Assembly (NCBI GenBank): GCA_040901675.1
Contig: JBBDYJ010000035.1
Location: forward strand, 96,001 to 160,000
Source of the DNA: Pirellulales bacterium
Lineage (GTDB): Bacteria; Planctomycetota; Planctomycetia; Pirellulales; JAICIG01
Reading direction: 5' to 3'
Length of the DNA: 64,000 nt
This document shows, piece after piece, positions 8,602 to 20,123 of this stretch. Under the pieces are notes generated by a model. It saw nothing but the letters and a program-made list of their open reading frames with translations. It was not told where the DNA came from and searched no databases. The position numbers and the translations under genes are program-made. Every line of letters starts with the position of its first letter. The first letter of the stretch is position 1.

Positions 8602-11600
8602 ATGGCAGCATCCGACATCGTCATCCAAGGGGCCCGCGAACACAACCTGCGGGACGTGAACCTGGTCCTGCCGCGAAACCGGCTGATCTGCCTCACCGGC
8701 GTCAGCGGTTCGGGAAAAAGCTCGCTGGCCTTCGACACGCTGTACGCCGAGGGGCAGCGCCGCTATGTCGAGAGCCTCTCCAGCTTCGCGCGGCAGTTCC
8801 TGGGCCAGATGCCCAAGCCCGACGTCGACTCGATCTCGGGACTCAGCCCGTCCATCTCGATCTCGCAGAAGTCGAGCGGCCAGAACCCGCGCTCCACCGT
8901 CGGCACCATCACCGAGATCTACGACTACCTGCGGGTGCTGTATGCCCGCACCGGCTTGGGCCATTGCCCCAAGTGTACCCGGCCCATCACGGCCCAAACC
9001 CGCGACCAGATCCTCGACCGCATCTCGACGCTGGCCGAGGGCACACGGTTCATCGTGCTGGCCCCCGTGATCAAGGCGCAAAAAGGGGAATACCGCGATC
9101 TGTTCGAAGACCTGCTCAAGCAGGGGTTCGTCCGCGCCCGCGTCGACGGCAGCCTGGTCTCGCTCTCCGACAACTTGAAGCTCGACCGGCAGATGCGGCA
9201 CAACATCGAGGTGGTCATCGACCGCCTGGTGGCCGCTCCCGGATTGCGGCCGCGCCTGGCCGAAGCCGTCGAGCTGGCGCTGCGGATGGGCGACGGCAAC
9301 CTGATCGTCGCCACCGAGGCCGCTGCCGCGGACCAGCCGGCGCCCGCCGAGGCCGCGCCGCGCCGCAAGCGCCGCGCCGCTGCGGCGCACAACGACCTGC
9401 AGCTCTCGGCCCATTACGCCTGCACGCACTGCGGCCTCAGCTTCGAGCCGCCCAGCCCGCAGTTGTTCAGCTTCAACAGCCCGCAGGGGATGTGCCTGGC
9501 GTGCGACGGCCTGGGAGAGATCTACAACTTCGATCCGGCGCTGTTGATCCCCGACCCCGGCCGCTCGTTCAAGCAAGGCTGCATCGAGCTGATCGGACCC
9601 TGGACCGACATGGGCCGCTGGAGAAAGCACATCTACCACGGAGTAGCGGAGACCCTGGAGCGAACCGTTGGTCTCGATCCGGGCGACCTGCTCGAAACGG
9701 CCTGGGAAGAGCTCGATCCCGCGCTGGCGCGGCAGTTGCTGTGGGGCACGGGCGAGATGCACGTCACCTACTCCTGGAAGCACGGCGGCGGAGTTCACAA
9801 GTACGGCGGCAAGTTCGAAGGCATCATCCCCGAGCTGTTGTCGAAGTACCGCAACTCGAAGAGCGGCATGCAGCGCCGCCAGTTGGAAAAGTACATGCGC
9901 GTCATCGGCTGCGAGGCCTGCCGCGGCGCCCGCCTCAACGAGCAGGCCCGCGCCGTCACGCTGGCCACGCGGCATCCGCGCTTCGCCGATCGGTCCGCCC
10001 GGGCGCTGCACGAAGTCTGCTCGCTGGCCGTTTCGGACGCGGCCGACTTCTTCAGCGAGCTGGAACTGGGCGCCACCGGCCAGTTGATCGCGGCCGAAGT
10101 GCTCAAAGAGATCCGCGGCCGATTGGGCTTTCTGACCAACGTGGGGCTCAATTATCTCTCGCTCGATCGCACCGCCCCCACGCTCTCCGGCGGCGAGTCG
10201 CAGCGCATCCGCCTGGCCGGCCAGATCGGCTGCGGTCTGGTCGGCGTGCTCTACATCCTCGACGAGCCCTCGATTGGACTGCACCCCCGCGATAACGACC
10301 GGCTGCTCGCCACGCTGGCCAAGCTGCGCGACCTGGGCAACACGGTCGTCGTCGTCGAGCACGACGAAGACACGATGCGGGCCGCCGACCACCTGGTCGA
10401 TTTTGGCCCCGGCCCCGGCGTGCGCGGCGGCGAAGTGGTCGCCTCCGGAACAGTCGAAGCCGTTTGCAGCCAACCCCGCAGCCTCACCGGCCAGTATCTC
10501 GCCGGCCGGTTGAAGATCGAAGTGCCTCCCAGCCGCCGTCCCACGGGCGAGGGCTGGCTGAAGATCGTCGCCGCCGCGGCCAACAATCTCAAGCAGGTCG
10601 ACGTGGCGATTCCGCTGGGCACGTTCGTCTGCGTCACGGGTGTCTCCGGCTCGGGCAAGAGCTCGCTTGTCAACGACATCCTGGTCGAGGCCTTGCGCCG
10701 CGACCTCAACGGCGGCCTGGGCGAGCCGGGCCCCCACCAGCGGATCGAGGGGCTGGAGCACCTCGACAAGCTGATCGCCATCGATCAGTCGCCGATCGGC
10801 CGCACGCCCCGCTCGAACCCGGCCACGTACATCAAGGTCTTCGACGACATCCGCCGGCTCTACGCCCAACTGCCCGAGTCGAAAACCCGCGGCTACCAGG
10901 AGGGGCGGTTCAGCTTCAACGTGGCGGGCGGGCGCTGCGAGGCCTGCGAGGGGAACGGCTCGAACCGCCTGGAGATGGATTTCCTGGCCGACGTCTGGGT
11001 CACCTGCCCGGTCTGCGAAGGGCACCGCTTCAACCGCGAAACGCTGCAAGTCCGCTTCAAGGGCAAGAGCATCTCCGACGTCCTGGAGATGGACGTCCAG
11101 CAGGCCCTGGATCACTTCGAAAACATCCCCAAGGTGCGGCACAAGCTGCAAACGCTGCACGACGTGGGGCTCGACTACCTGAAGCTCGGCCAGCCCTCGC
11201 CCACGCTCTCCGGCGGCGAGGCCCAGCGGATCAAGCTGGCCCGCGAGCTGGTCAAGAAGAGCACCGGCCGTACGCTCTACCTGCTCGACGAGCCGACCAC
11301 CGGGCTGCACTTTGCCGATATCCGCATGCTGCTCAAGGTGCTGCACGACTTTGTCGACGCGGGTAACACCGTGCTGGTGGTCGAGCACAACCTTGACGTG
11401 ATCAAGACGGCCGACTGGGTCATCGACCTCGGGCCTGAAGGGGGCGAGGCCGGCGGCCGCATCGTGGCCTGCGGCACCCCCGAGCACGTCGCCGGCTGCG
11501 CCGGTGAGGAGGGAAGGGGTGAAGGGGTGAAGGGGGGAAGGGGAGAAGAACCTCTCCCAAGCCACACCGGTGCCGCCCTGGCGCCCCTCCTGGCCGGTGG

Positions 11601-14600
11601 CTCGAAACCGCGGCGCGGCCGGCCCACCGCGCCGCCGCCGGCGCCGATCGCCACCTCGATCAAGGTCCAGGGCGCCCGCCAGCACAACCTCAAGTCGATC
11701 GACGTCGAGATCCCCCGCGATCAACTCACCGTCTGCTGCGGGCCCAGCGGATCGGGCAAAAGCTCGCTCGCCATGGACACCATCTATGCCGAAGGCCAGC
11801 GGCGATACGTCGAGAGCCTCAGCGCCTACGCCCGCCAGTTCGTCGGGCAGATGCAAAAACCGCAGCTCGACCACATCGAAGGCCTCTCGCCCGCCATCGC
11901 CATCGAGCAGAAGCACCTGGGCCACACCCCACGCTCGACGGTCGGCACCGTCACCGAGATCTACGACTACCTGCGGATCCTCTTCGCCCGCCTCGGCAAG
12001 CCCTACTGCCCCGATTGCGACGTGCCCATCGGCACCCAGTCGGCCGACGAAGTGATCGACAAGGTCATGGCCCACCCCGAAGGGACGCGCCTGTATCTGA
12101 TGGCCCCCTTGGAAATCGACGTCGGCGAGCAGTACGAGTCGCTCTGGGAAGACATCCGCAAGGCCGGCTACGCCCGCATGCGCATCGACCGCAAGACCTG
12201 CTCCGTCGATCAGCCCCCCCGCATCGACCGCCGACGCAAGCACCTGGTCGAAGTGCTGATCGACCGCGTCACCATCCGCCCCGCGGCCCGCTCGCGCGTC
12301 GCCGGCAGCGTGGAGAATGCCCTGGCGCTGGGACGCGGCGTGTTGCACCTTGCCTTCCCCGACGACCAGACGCCGGAGGAAAACTGGCCCACCGAGATCC
12401 ACAGCCAGCACTTTGCCTGCCAGCGCTGTGGGCGCAGCTTCGAACCGCTCACGCCGCACAACTTCTCCTTCAACAGCGCGCTGGGCTGGTGCCCATCCTG
12501 CGAGGGGCTCGGCACTCAGACCGGCGCCAACACGGCCGCCCTCTTGAGTGATCCCAAGCGCACGCTCGCCGAAGGCGCCGTGGCCGTCTGGCCGGCCGCC
12601 GACAACCGCCTCTTTCGCCCGATGCTCGCGGCGCTGGCCGCCCAGACCGGCCTGCCCATCAATGTGCCCTTTGAGCAGCTCTCCGCCCGCCATCGCCGCA
12701 TCGTGCTGCACGGCGCCAGCGACGCCTGGATCAACGTCTATCCCCCAGGCCGCAAAAGCGGCGGCACGCCTCTCTTCCGCTTTCAATATAAAGGGCTCTA
12801 CCCGGCGCTCGACGAGGCCTCCCGGCTCTCCAGCGCCTTTCGCGGCCGGCTCGATCACCTCGTCGACCAGGTCGAGTGCTCCACCTGCTGTGGCAGCCGC
12901 CTGCGCGACGACGCCGGCACCGTGCGGTTCCGTGGCCAGACCATGGACGAGATCGGCCGCACGCCGCTGGGCCAACTGCTCGATTGGTTCAAGTCGTGGA
13001 AGCCCACCGCCGCCGACCGCAAGATCGCCGGCGAGCTGCTGCGCGAAGTCGTCAACCGCTTGCAATTCCTGGTCGACGTGGGCCTCGACTACCTCACGCT
13101 CGGCCGGGCCGCCCCCACGCTCTCCGGCGGCGAGGCCCAGCGGATCCGCCTGGCCAGCCAGGTCGGCAGCGGCCTCACCGGCGTGCTCTACGTGCTCGAC
13201 GAGCCGACGATCGGACTGCACCCCCGCGACAACCGGCGGCTGATCCAGGCCCTGGTCCGCCTCCGCGATCTGGGCAATACGCTGCTGCTGGTCGAGCACG
13301 ATCGCGAGGTGGTCCAGGCGGCCGATCAACTGCTCGACTTCGGACCGGCGGCCGGGCAGCACGGCGGCCAGATCGTCGCCCGCGGCACGCCCGCCCAGGT
13401 GGCCAGGCAAAAGGGCTCGGTCACCGGGCCCTACCTGTCCGGTGGCAAGGCCATCCCGGTGCCGACCAACCGCCGCATGCAACGTGCGTCGATCAACGCC
13501 GGCGGCGGCACCCAGCCTCCCGCGCCCGCCACGTCCACGAAAGCGGCCAGGCGTCTCAAAACCAACGGTCGCAAGCCAGCCAAGGCGGCTGCCCGTGACA
13601 AAGACCTGCCGAAGAGCGGGCTCTCTGCGCCTCCCGGCGGCGGCTGGCTGGAGATCGTCGGCGCGCGGCACAACAACCTGCGGCACATCGACGTGGCCAT
13701 ACCGCTGGGCACCTTCACCGTGGTCACCGGCGTCAGCGGCAGCGGCAAGAGCTCGCTCGTCGAAGACGTACTCTACAACGCGCTGGCCCGCTCGTTGCAC
13801 CGCGCCCGCACGTTTCCCGGTGCGCACGACGCCATCCGCGGCCTGGAGCGGATCAACAAGGTGATCCGCGTCGATCAGCAGCCGCTGGGCCACACGCCCA
13901 CCTCGAACCCCGCCACGTACACCGGCGTCTTCGACCTCATCCGCACGCTGTACGCCCAGTTGCCCGACGCCCGCCTGCGGGGCTACGCGCCACGCCGCTT
14001 CAGCTTCAACGTGCCCGGCGGCCGCTGCGAAAAGTGCGAGGGCAACGGCCAGCTTTCGATCGAGATGCACTTTCTGCCCGACGTCTGGGTCGAGTGCGAC
14101 GAGTGCCGCGGCCGCCGCTACAACGAGCAGACGCTGGCCGTGCGGTTCCGCGGCCAGTCGATTGCCGACGTGCTCGACATGTCGTGCGGGCAGGCGCTGG
14201 AGCTGTTTGCCAACATTCCCAACATCCGCCGCGTGCTCCAGACGATTTGCGACGTGGGTCTCGACTACCTGCGTCTGGGCCAGCCGGCGCCCACGCTGTC
14301 GGGCGGCGAGGCGCAGCGCGTCAAGCTGGCCGCCGAGCTGGCGCGCCCCGACACGGGACAGACCCTGTACCTGCTCGACGAACCGACCACGGGGCTGCAC
14401 TTCGACGACCTGGCGCGGCTGCTCGACGTGCTCAATCGCCTGGTCGACCTGGGTAACACGGTGGTGGTCATCGAGCACAATCTCGACGTGATCAAGACGG
14501 CCGACTGGGTGATCGACATGGGCCCCGAAGCCGGTGAAGGCGGCGGCCACGTCGTCGCCTCCGGAACGCCAGAGCAGATTGCCGCAGAGGCGGCAATCCG

Positions 14601-15912
14601 ACAAGGGGACAAGGCGACAAGGGGACAAGGCGACAAGGCGATAAGCCCCGCGGCCGAGGACACGTTCAGGCGGCGGGTGCCTGGGTCAAAGCGTCAGCGT
14701 GCCCCAGTTGACCCCCCGTCTTCCGTTCCCCTTGTCGCCTTGTCGCCTTGTCGCCTTGTCGATTCAGTCCCTCCCTCCCCTCCTTTCTCCTTTCGCAGCC
14801 ACACCGCCGAGGTTCTTGCCCCGGTCCTCGCCGCCGGGCCGCACGCCGAGCGCCGGCCCTACGACTTCACCGCCCACCTGGCGACCCGCGATGACGACCT
14901 GGAACTCCACGAGGTGGGACGCGACGCCCAGATGCCCTGGGAGCAGGATGGCCGCCGCTGGCATACCGTCGACCGCGTCGGCCGCAACGGCCGGCCTTGC
15001 CGCTGGGACGGCCGGATCCTGGCCAGCATCGTCGACCGCATTCACGAGCTGGGCCAGTTCAGCTCCACCAATTGGAACGCGCGGACCATCGTGGAGATTT
15101 CGGCTGCCCGCAAGGCCGACGGCTGGTTCATGCACGCTATCACCGGCGAAGAGTGGCTCTTGAAGCTCAAGTTCCGCGTCGCCAAGCGCACCTTCCAGCG
15201 AGAAGAGCTCGTCTCGCGGCTCGACCTCAAGCCGCTCAACGACCTGCCCGACCTGCCCGTCTACGGCTCCGAGCCGCGAGTGCAGTGCAAGCAGCTTCGC
15301 GGCCCATGGCAGGAAGTGCAGTTGAAGGTCCACTCTCTCGACGAGGTCGACCGGCCCGCCTTCTGGGAGTTTCTCTCTCAGGCGGTCGCCGGCTTCCGGC
15401 AGTTCACCGAGCGGGTCGAGCAGCAGCCCGAGGATGTCATGCCCTGGAAGGTGCTGGGCCGCAAGTGGCACCTCTCGCGCAAGGGCTTTCCGCCCGGCAA
15501 GAAGGTTTCCTGGGACACGACCGTGTTGGAGGAGCTGTGCGAGCTGTTGGCCGAGACGGCGCCGTCGGGCCAGTTTCTCTGGAACAACCAGCAGGTGGTG
15601 CACCTTTGCGTCAACGGCGCGGGCGAGCCTTGGGCCACCATCCATACCAAGCGGCCGGCCGCCGTCGACCTGGTGCTCACCGGCCCCAAGAACCGCTTCG
15701 CCCTGGGCCGCGTGGCCCAACTGGGCCACGACCGCCAGGTCGAGACCGACCGCCCTGACAAGGACATGGTCAAGCTCAAGTTCGTCGAGGCCGCGCAGGT
15801 CGTCAGCGACGAGCTGGCCCGTTTCCTTCAGGAGCACCTTCGTGCGGTCCTCGTGGGGGCCGAACGGACAACACTCACCCGACGCGCCAGCGAGAGACCC
15901 TCCCCACACTAA
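8602..15912 (+). CDS. uvrA: Double-length excinuclease ABC subunit A with C-terminal extension
   Basis: Two complete UvrA units with four Walker A motifs (GVSGSGKSS x3, GPSGSGKSS), LSGGE signatures and Zn fingers. TACAAT at 8545-8550. Confidence 0.97.
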   Translation: MAASDIVIQGAREHNLRDVNLVLPRNRLICLTGVSGSGKSSLAFDTLYAEGQRRYVESLSSFARQFLGQMPKPDVDSISGLSPSISISQKSSGQNPRSTVGTITEIYDYLRVLYARTGLGHCPKCTRPITAQTRDQILDRISTLAEGTRFIVLAPVIKAQKGEYRDLFEDLLKQGFVRARVDGSLVSLSDNLKLDRQMRHNIEVVIDRLVAAPGLRPRLAEAVELALRMGDGNLIVATEAAAADQPAPAEAAPRRKRRAAAAHNDLQLSAHYACTHCGLSFEPPSPQLFSFNSPQGMCLACDGLGEIYNFDPALLIPDPGRSFKQGCIELIGPWTDMGRWRKHIYHGVAETLERTVGLDPGDLLETAWEELDPALARQLLWGTGEMHVTYSWKHGGGVHKYGGKFEGIIPELLSKYRNSKSGMQRRQLEKYMRVIGCEACRGARLNEQARAVTLATRHPRFADRSARALHEVCSLAVSDAADFFSELELGATGQLIAAEVLKEIRGRLGFLTNVGLNYLSLDRTAPTLSGGESQRIRLAGQIGCGLVGVLYILDEPSIGLHPRDNDRLLATLAKLRDLGNTVVVVEHDEDTMRAADHLVDFGPGPGVRGGEVVASGTVEAVCSQPRSLTGQYLAGRLKIEVPPSRRPTGEGWLKIVAAAANNLKQVDVAIPLGTFVCVTGVSGSGKSSLVNDILVEALRRDLNGGLGEPGPHQRIEGLEHLDKLIAIDQSPIGRTPRSNPATYIKVFDDIRRLYAQLPESKTRGYQEGRFSFNVAGGRCEACEGNGSNRLEMDFLADVWVTCPVCEGHRFNRETLQVRFKGKSISDVLEMDVQQALDHFENIPKVRHKLQTLHDVGLDYLKLGQPSPTLSGGEAQRIKLARELVKKSTGRTLYLLDEPTTGLHFADIRMLLKVLHDFVDAGNTVLVVEHNLDVIKTADWVIDLGPEGGEAGGRIVACGTPEHVAGCAGEEGRGEGVKGGRGEEPLPSHTGAALAPLLAGGSKPRRGRPTAPPPAPIATSIKVQGARQHNLKSIDVEIPRDQLTVCCGPSGSGKSSLAMDTIYAEGQRRYVESLSAYARQFVGQMQKPQLDHIEGLSPAIAIEQKHLGHTPRSTVGTVTEIYDYLRILFARLGKPYCPDCDVPIGTQSADEVIDKVMAHPEGTRLYLMAPLEIDVGEQYESLWEDIRKAGYARMRIDRKTCSVDQPPRIDRRRKHLVEVLIDRVTIRPAARSRVAGSVENALALGRGVLHLAFPDDQTPEENWPTEIHSQHFACQRCGRSFEPLTPHNFSFNSALGWCPSCEGLGTQTGANTAALLSDPKRTLAEGAVAVWPAADNRLFRPMLAALAAQTGLPINVPFEQLSARHRRIVLHGASDAWINVYPPGRKSGGTPLFRFQYKGLYPALDEASRLSSAFRGRLDHLVDQVECSTCCGSRLRDDAGTVRFRGQTMDEIGRTPLGQLLDWFKSWKPTAADRKIAGELLREVVNRLQFLVDVGLDYLTLGRAAPTLSGGEAQRIRLASQVGSGLTGVLYVLDEPTIGLHPRDNRRLIQALVRLRDLGNTLLLVEHDREVVQAADQLLDFGPAAGQHGGQIVARGTPAQVARQKGSVTGPYLSGGKAIPVPTNRRMQRASINAGGGTQPPAPATSTKAARRLKTNGRKPAKAAARDKDLPKSGLSAPPGGGWLEIVGARHNNLRHIDVAIPLGTFTVVTGVSGSGKSSLVEDVLYNALARSLHRARTFPGAHDAIRGLERINKVIRVDQQPLGHTPTSNPATYTGVFDLIRTLYAQLPDARLRGYAPRRFSFNVPGGRCEKCEGNGQLSIEMHFLPDVWVECDECRGRRYNEQTLAVRFRGQSIADVLDMSCGQALELFANIPNIRRVLQTICDVGLDYLRLGQPAPTLSGGEAQRVKLAAELARPDTGQTLYLLDEPTTGLHFDDLARLLDVLNRLVDLGNTVVVIEHNLDVIKTADWVIDMGPEAGEGGGHVVASGTPEQIAAEAAIRQGDKATRGQGDKAISPAAEDTFRRRVPGSKRQRAPVDPPSSVPLVALSPCRLVDSVPPSPPFSFRSHTAEVLAPVLAAGPHAERRPYDFTAHLATRDDDLELHEVGRDAQMPWEQDGRRWHTVDRVGRNGRPCRWDGRILASIVDRIHELGQFSSTNWNARTIVEISAARKADGWFMHAITGEEWLLKLKFRVAKRTFQREELVSRLDLKPLNDLPDLPVYGSEPRVQCKQLRGPWQEVQLKVHSLDEVDRPAFWEFLSQAVAGFRQFTERVEQQPEDVMPWKVLGRKWHLSRKGFPPGKKVSWDTTVLEELCELLAETAPSGQFLWNNQQVVHLCVNGAGEPWATIHTKRPAAVDLVLTGPKNRFALGRVAQLGHDRQVETDRPDKDMVKLKFVEAAQVVSDELARFLQEHLRAVLVGAERTTLTRRASERPSPH
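11512..11548. repeat. 8-mer repeat (GAAGGGGT) in frame within uvrA
   Basis: Encodes [13 protein letters not shown] between the conserved GTPE and SHTG motifs. Confidence 0.75.
14600..14760. repeat. Inverted 8-mer arrays around a REP-like element, in frame within uvrA
   Basis: GACAAGG(G/C)n at 14600-14645, REP at 14675-14707, (C/G)CCTTGTCn at 14729-14760. Confidence 0.85.
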
Positions 15913-15930
15913 CCCGACGCGCCAGCGAGG
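15871..15930. repeat. Two REP-like copies (ACTAACCCGACGCGCCAGCGAGG family)
   Basis: Copies at 15871-15894 and 15906-15930. Further copies at 52933 and, inverted, at 53016. Confidence 0.85.
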
Positions 15931-15973
15931 CAACATGCCCGCCAGAGCATGTACGATCCCGAGCGCTAGCGAG

Positions 15974-16033
15974 CCCTGTTCCCTGACCTCTGCCTTCTGA
16001 CCTCTGACCTCTGTCCTCTGCCTTCATCCTTCC
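15974..16033. repeat. Heptamer tandem repeat (CTCTGAC-like)
   Basis: ccctgac ctctgcc ttctgac ctctgac ctctgtc ctctgcc. Confidence 0.8.
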
Positions 16034-16035
16034 CC

Positions 16036-16683
16036 ATGCCGTTGCTTCCCGCCAGCTTCCTCTTCCGCTTCGCGGTTCCTTGCCGGTTCAAGGACCCCGT
16101 GTGGACTGATGCGGGTCCACAGCTCGACGAATCGTATCGGCTGGCGAGTCCGGGCGAGTTGGACGTGCAGCGGACGTTCGCGGAGGTTCGGGCCGCCTGG
16201 AGCCAGGCCGGCCTGGCGATCTCGGCCCGCGTGGAGGGCAAGCGGCAGCCCCCCTGGTGCCGCGAGAGCCGTCCCGACGACAGCGACGGCCTGCGGGTCT
16301 GGATCGACACCCGCGACACGCACAACATCCACCGCGCCACTCGCTTCTGTCATCAGTTCATGTTCATGCCGTCCGGCGCCGGCCGCGGTCTCGACGAGCC
16401 CTGCGCCGAGCAGCTTTTGATCAACCGCGCCCGCGAGAACGCCAAGCCTGTGCGTCCCGGCCAGCTCGCCGTCCGCCGCGAGAAGCGGGTCGACGGCTAT
16501 CTCCTGGAGGCCCACGTCCCTTCGGCCGCGCTGACCGGTTTTGATCCGAGTGAAAACCCTCGTCTTGGTTTCACCTACGCCATTTTCGACCGCGAGCTCG
16601 GCGAGCAGACCTTTCTGCTCGACAACCAGTTCCCCTACCAGGAAGACCCCAGCGTCTGGGCCACCCTCGACCTCGTCCGATAG
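16036..16683 (+). CDS. Conserved hypothetical protein, DOMON/CBM9-like beta-sandwich
   Basis: AAWS..GL, DGLRVWIDTRD, GYLLEAHVP, LGF, DPSVWATLDL pattern. Confidence 0.65.
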   Translation: MPLLPASFLFRFAVPCRFKDPVWTDAGPQLDESYRLASPGELDVQRTFAEVRAAWSQAGLAISARVEGKRQPPWCRESRPDDSDGLRVWIDTRDTHNIHRATRFCHQFMFMPSGAGRGLDEPCAEQLLINRARENAKPVRPGQLAVRREKRVDGYLLEAHVPSAALTGFDPSENPRLGFTYAIFDRELGEQTFLLDNQFPYQEDPSVWATLDLVR

Positions 16684-16803
16684 CAGCTCACGTCAATCTG
16701 CCCCCGGCTTGGCTAGCCGTCTTGCGTGTGTTGCATCGAATGCTGGTCCGTTCTATTGCGGCGGGCTACACTTGACACCCAAAGAGCGGGAGGTCCAGGA
16801 CCC

Positions 16804-17355
16804 ATGGCACGCAAAAGTCGGGCGGGAACGACAAAGAGTGCGGTTTCAGCAAACCAGATCGAACGCTCGATTGTGGTGGTCCGCGGCCAACGGGTTATGT
16901 TGGATGCGGACCTCGCCAGACTGTACCGCGTGTCTACCAAAGCGCTCAATCAGGCGGTCAAGCGCAACTTGAATCGATTCCCACCCGACTTCGCGTTCCG
17001 CATGACTCGACCGGAGTTCAACAACTTGAAGTCACAAGATGTGACCTCAAGTTGGGGCGGTCGGCGCACCCTTCCCTGGGCCTTCACTGAGCATGGGGTC
17101 GCCATGCTGAGCAGTGTCCTGCGCTCACCCATGGCTGCCCGGGTCAACATTGAGATCATGCGGGCGTTCATCCGCCTTCGCCGTCTCCTGGCGACGCCAG
17201 GCGAGCTCGCTCAGCAAATAGCCATACTCGCGCAAACGGTCGACCTTCACGACGATCAGATCAAAGCACTGATTAACGCTCTTAAGCAAATGATGGCGGA
17301 GCCACCCAAGTTGAGAGAAATCGGGTTCCACGCACTCCGCCACGAAAAGAAATGA
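16804..17355 (+). CDS. ORF6N (KilA-N-like) DNA-binding domain protein
   Basis: RGQRVMLDADLARLY.V.TKALNQAVKRN..RFP.DF, GGRR.LP.AFTEHGVAMLSSVL, terminal IGF. Confidence 0.92.
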   Translation: MARKSRAGTTKSAVSANQIERSIVVVRGQRVMLDADLARLYRVSTKALNQAVKRNLNRFPPDFAFRMTRPEFNNLKSQDVTSSWGGRRTLPWAFTEHGVAMLSSVLRSPMAARVNIEIMRAFIRLRRLLATPGELAQQIAILAQTVDLHDDQIKALINALKQMMAEPPKLREIGFHALRHEKK

Positions 17356-17410
17356 CGGTACTCGTCGATCTACGCAACCCCCCAGTCAGTAGTCAGTGAC
17401 CAACAAACGG

Positions 17411-17664
17411 ATGGCACGCAAGCGAACGAAGAAGACGGATTCCGGGAAGAAATCGGGCCCCCCTGAGGCAGATATCCGCAGGCGATTCGCCGCCGGCCTG
17501 CGGAACGTCTTCGGGCTGTACCGCCCGCTGGTGGATGAATGGTCCTTGTACGACGCTTCGCGATTTCCACCGCGGCTAATCGCTACCGAGAAAGGGGGCG
17601 AAATGCAAGTCGCGCAGGCGACGCAGTTCGACCAGATCCGGCAAAGTGCTGAGGAAATGAACAG

Positions 17665-17668
<4 letters not shown>
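17411..17668 (+). pseudogene. Zeta-toxin/AAA-family kinase, C-terminal fragment fused to an unrelated basic N-terminus
   Basis: PEADIRRRFAAGLRNVFGLYRPLVDEWSLYDAS..PRLIA is present. No P-loop upstream. Confidence 0.65.
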
Positions 17669-17925
<257 letters not shown>

Positions 17926-17974
17926 CAACTCCGGCTCCGGCGGAGCCTCTGCCCCGTCCGATGTCTCCGCATCG

Positions 17975-18125
17975 GTCCTGTGATGTGGTCCACTCGCTCC
18001 GCGGCTCTCCCCTTGTTCCCCGCCGGACGTCTCTCCGTAAAGTAGTCGTCACGCTCCGCGTGACGCATCCGTCGTCTTGCTGTCTCGTTGTGCTCCACTT
18101 GGGCTGCAAGTCCGCCTCCGGCGGA
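17975..18125. repeat. Cluster of three different REP-like hairpins
   Basis: GTGGTCCACTCGCTCCGCG (17985), GTAGTCGTCACGCTCCGCGTGACG (18042-18065), GCTGCAAGTCCGCCTCCGGCGGA (18103-18125). Confidence 0.75.
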
Positions 18126-18227
18126 TCGCCTCATCCCCTCATCGGCCCTCCCCCTTCCGCTTCCCTCGCCCCCTCGTTCCAGCCGCGGGGCCCGCTATAA
18201 TGATCGGCGCTCCCGGAGCCACCCACT

Positions 18228-19697
18228 ATGACCGATGAGCCTCATCCGATCTGGGCCTCGATGGAGCGGGCGATCGATGCCGCTCCCAGCGACAGGGAGT
18301 CGCTGTTTCCCCCGGACTGGCTGCCTCGCCCCTTGTCCCCCTGGGCGTTTTGGTCGCTGATTGCACTCGTCCGCCACCGGGCCAGGCAGCATTGGGCGCT
18401 TGGTATCGTGCGAGACCGCCTGGGAATCGCCCCGGCCGACATGGTCACCGATAAAAAATGGTGGCGGATCGAGCCCCGCGGCGGCGTCGTGCCCGGCCTT
18501 ATCGAATGGAGCTACGAGCTCGGCGGTTCTGTCTTCCAACTCACTCATCGCCTGACCGGAGAAGTCATTCGCGCCGTGGTCTACGAAGAGACCGGCGAAA
18601 CGTTCTTCCCCGGCTACTGCGGCGGCTACATCGCCAGCCTGCGGGCGCCGGAGCCGCCGGAGCGGCGCTTGAGGGAGTTGCACCCTTCGATTTGGACCAT
18701 GTGCCTCGCCGAACGCGAGCTCCAACGCGCCGGCCTGCTGCTGCCTTCTCCCCATTCGGACGGAACATTCGTGCTGCCTCCGCAAGTCATCGACCGCGCG
18801 GAGCTGGCGTCGGCCTTCTGCCAGGCCTGGTGCGACGACGCCCGCCGGCCCGGGGCCGCCTTGGCCGTGGGCGATTGGATGGCCGCCGCCCGCCTGATGC
18901 CGGATGCCAGCGCCGATGTGCGCGACCGAATTCATGCGGAAATGCAGGACTGCCAGTTGCGGCGAGTGCGGATGCTCATGAACCGGATCGCCAGCAAGAA
19001 GTGGGGCGGCGAAGCGTTGACCGCCTTTGCGGAGCTCGATCCGCGGTGGGGCAGCTTAGTGATTGGCGAGGTGCTTGCCGGCTGCCGGCGATTGAGTCTG
19101 ATCTATACTGCTCTCGACATGATCGTCGAAGCCGACAACGCATCCTGGTGCCCGTCGGTTGGTCGCCTGTTCAAGCGGCTCGACCCGAATCGAAGCGAAA
19201 TGCAGGCGATATGTTGGCGGATATGCGCCGAGATTCTGCTCCGGCACGGCTACCGCAAGCGCGAGGTGCTGAAGCGGCTGAGTCGGGCCAGGCGGTTCGA
19301 GGTCTCGGACGCTGCCTTCTTGGCGCTCAAATACGATCCTCCCCGCGCCCCGCCTCTCTTCCGGCGAGCGTTGAGCTTGAAGGATATGCCGGACCGCGGG
19401 AACGCCGCGGCGGTCCTGGCCATCTTGGACGAGGACTGGTCACGGCGTCTGATGCTGGAAACCATGAACGAATCGGACGACGTCGACGCAGCCATCGAGT
19501 GCTGCTGTGCCCTCTCCTTCAGTCGTGATCCGTCGGCCCGCCGTGCCGCGGAGCAATGGGAGCGAGCGTTCGACTCCAGCTCGCAATTGAAAGGCACATC
19601 CCTGCCCGTACGGCGCCAAGACGCCGACGAGATGATGCGGGCCGCGATGGACGCCTGCCACAACACGGTCCTGCCGCTGCGCGGCCGCATCCCCTAG
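18228..19697 (+). CDS. Hypothetical protein with DUF6896-like N-terminus and HEAT-like helical C-terminus
   Basis: 489-aa ORF, TATAAT at 18196-18201, GGAG RBS, G.VPG..EWSY...LTHRLTGE motif. Confidence 0.65.
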   Translation: MTDEPHPIWASMERAIDAAPSDRESLFPPDWLPRPLSPWAFWSLIALVRHRARQHWALGIVRDRLGIAPADMVTDKKWWRIEPRGGVVPGLIEWSYELGGSVFQLTHRLTGEVIRAVVYEETGETFFPGYCGGYIASLRAPEPPERRLRELHPSIWTMCLAERELQRAGLLLPSPHSDGTFVLPPQVIDRAELASAFCQAWCDDARRPGAALAVGDWMAAARLMPDASADVRDRIHAEMQDCQLRRVRMLMNRIASKKWGGEALTAFAELDPRWGSLVIGEVLAGCRRLSLIYTALDMIVEADNASWCPSVGRLFKRLDPNRSEMQAICWRICAEILLRHGYRKREVLKRLSRARRFEVSDAAFLALKYDPPRAPPLFRRALSLKDMPDRGNAAAVLAILDEDWSRRLMLETMNESDDVDAAIECCCALSFSRDPSARRAAEQWERAFDSSSQLKGTSLPVRRQDADEMMRAAMDACHNTVLPLRGRIP

Positions 19698-19699
19698 CC

Positions 19700-20123
19700 G
19701 GTGCAGGGTGATCCACTCGCTCCGTCCGCGCTACGGAAGGATGTGATTGATGGACGCTACGAACGACAAACCACAAAGAACACAAGGGACACAAAGAGAA
19801 TACAGAGTTACGGACGCTACGGGTTACGGACCTCTCGCCAAGGCGCCAAGGCGCAAAGAGGAAAACGGGACGGAACGAAAGGCACGAACAGACGACGACG
19901 AGGGTTAACCACTGAGTTACGGAGAACACGGAGACGCCGGGACATGGACGACGGATGGACGAAGAAGATTGGGCACGAAAAGGCACGAAAAGACGACGAC
20001 GATCGTTTTTTCCGGCCGTCTGTCCGCCTCCGGCGGAACCGTGCTGCAAGTCCGCCGCCGTTCGGCCTAGAGGCTCTCGACAGGCAGGCGGAACCTCTGT
20101 CCTCTGACTTCTGACTTCCGACT
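19700..20123. repeat. Mosaic of degenerate short repeats and REP-like elements
   Basis: cacaaagaa/cacaaggga/cacaaagag, gccaaggc x2, cacgaaaag x2, TCCGCCTCCGGCGGA, cttctga heptamers. Confidence 0.7.

Noticed and set aside
8377..14628. 2083-aa minus-strand ORF
   Set aside because: Antisense shadow of uvrA caused by high-GC codon bias. No motifs.
14580..14800. Intein or intron in uvrA
   Set aside because: No splice-junction residues or intron motifs. The insert consists of simple repeats and a REP.
19701..20114. 137-aa ORF
   Set aside because: Translation of a repeat mosaic, with no protein-like composition.
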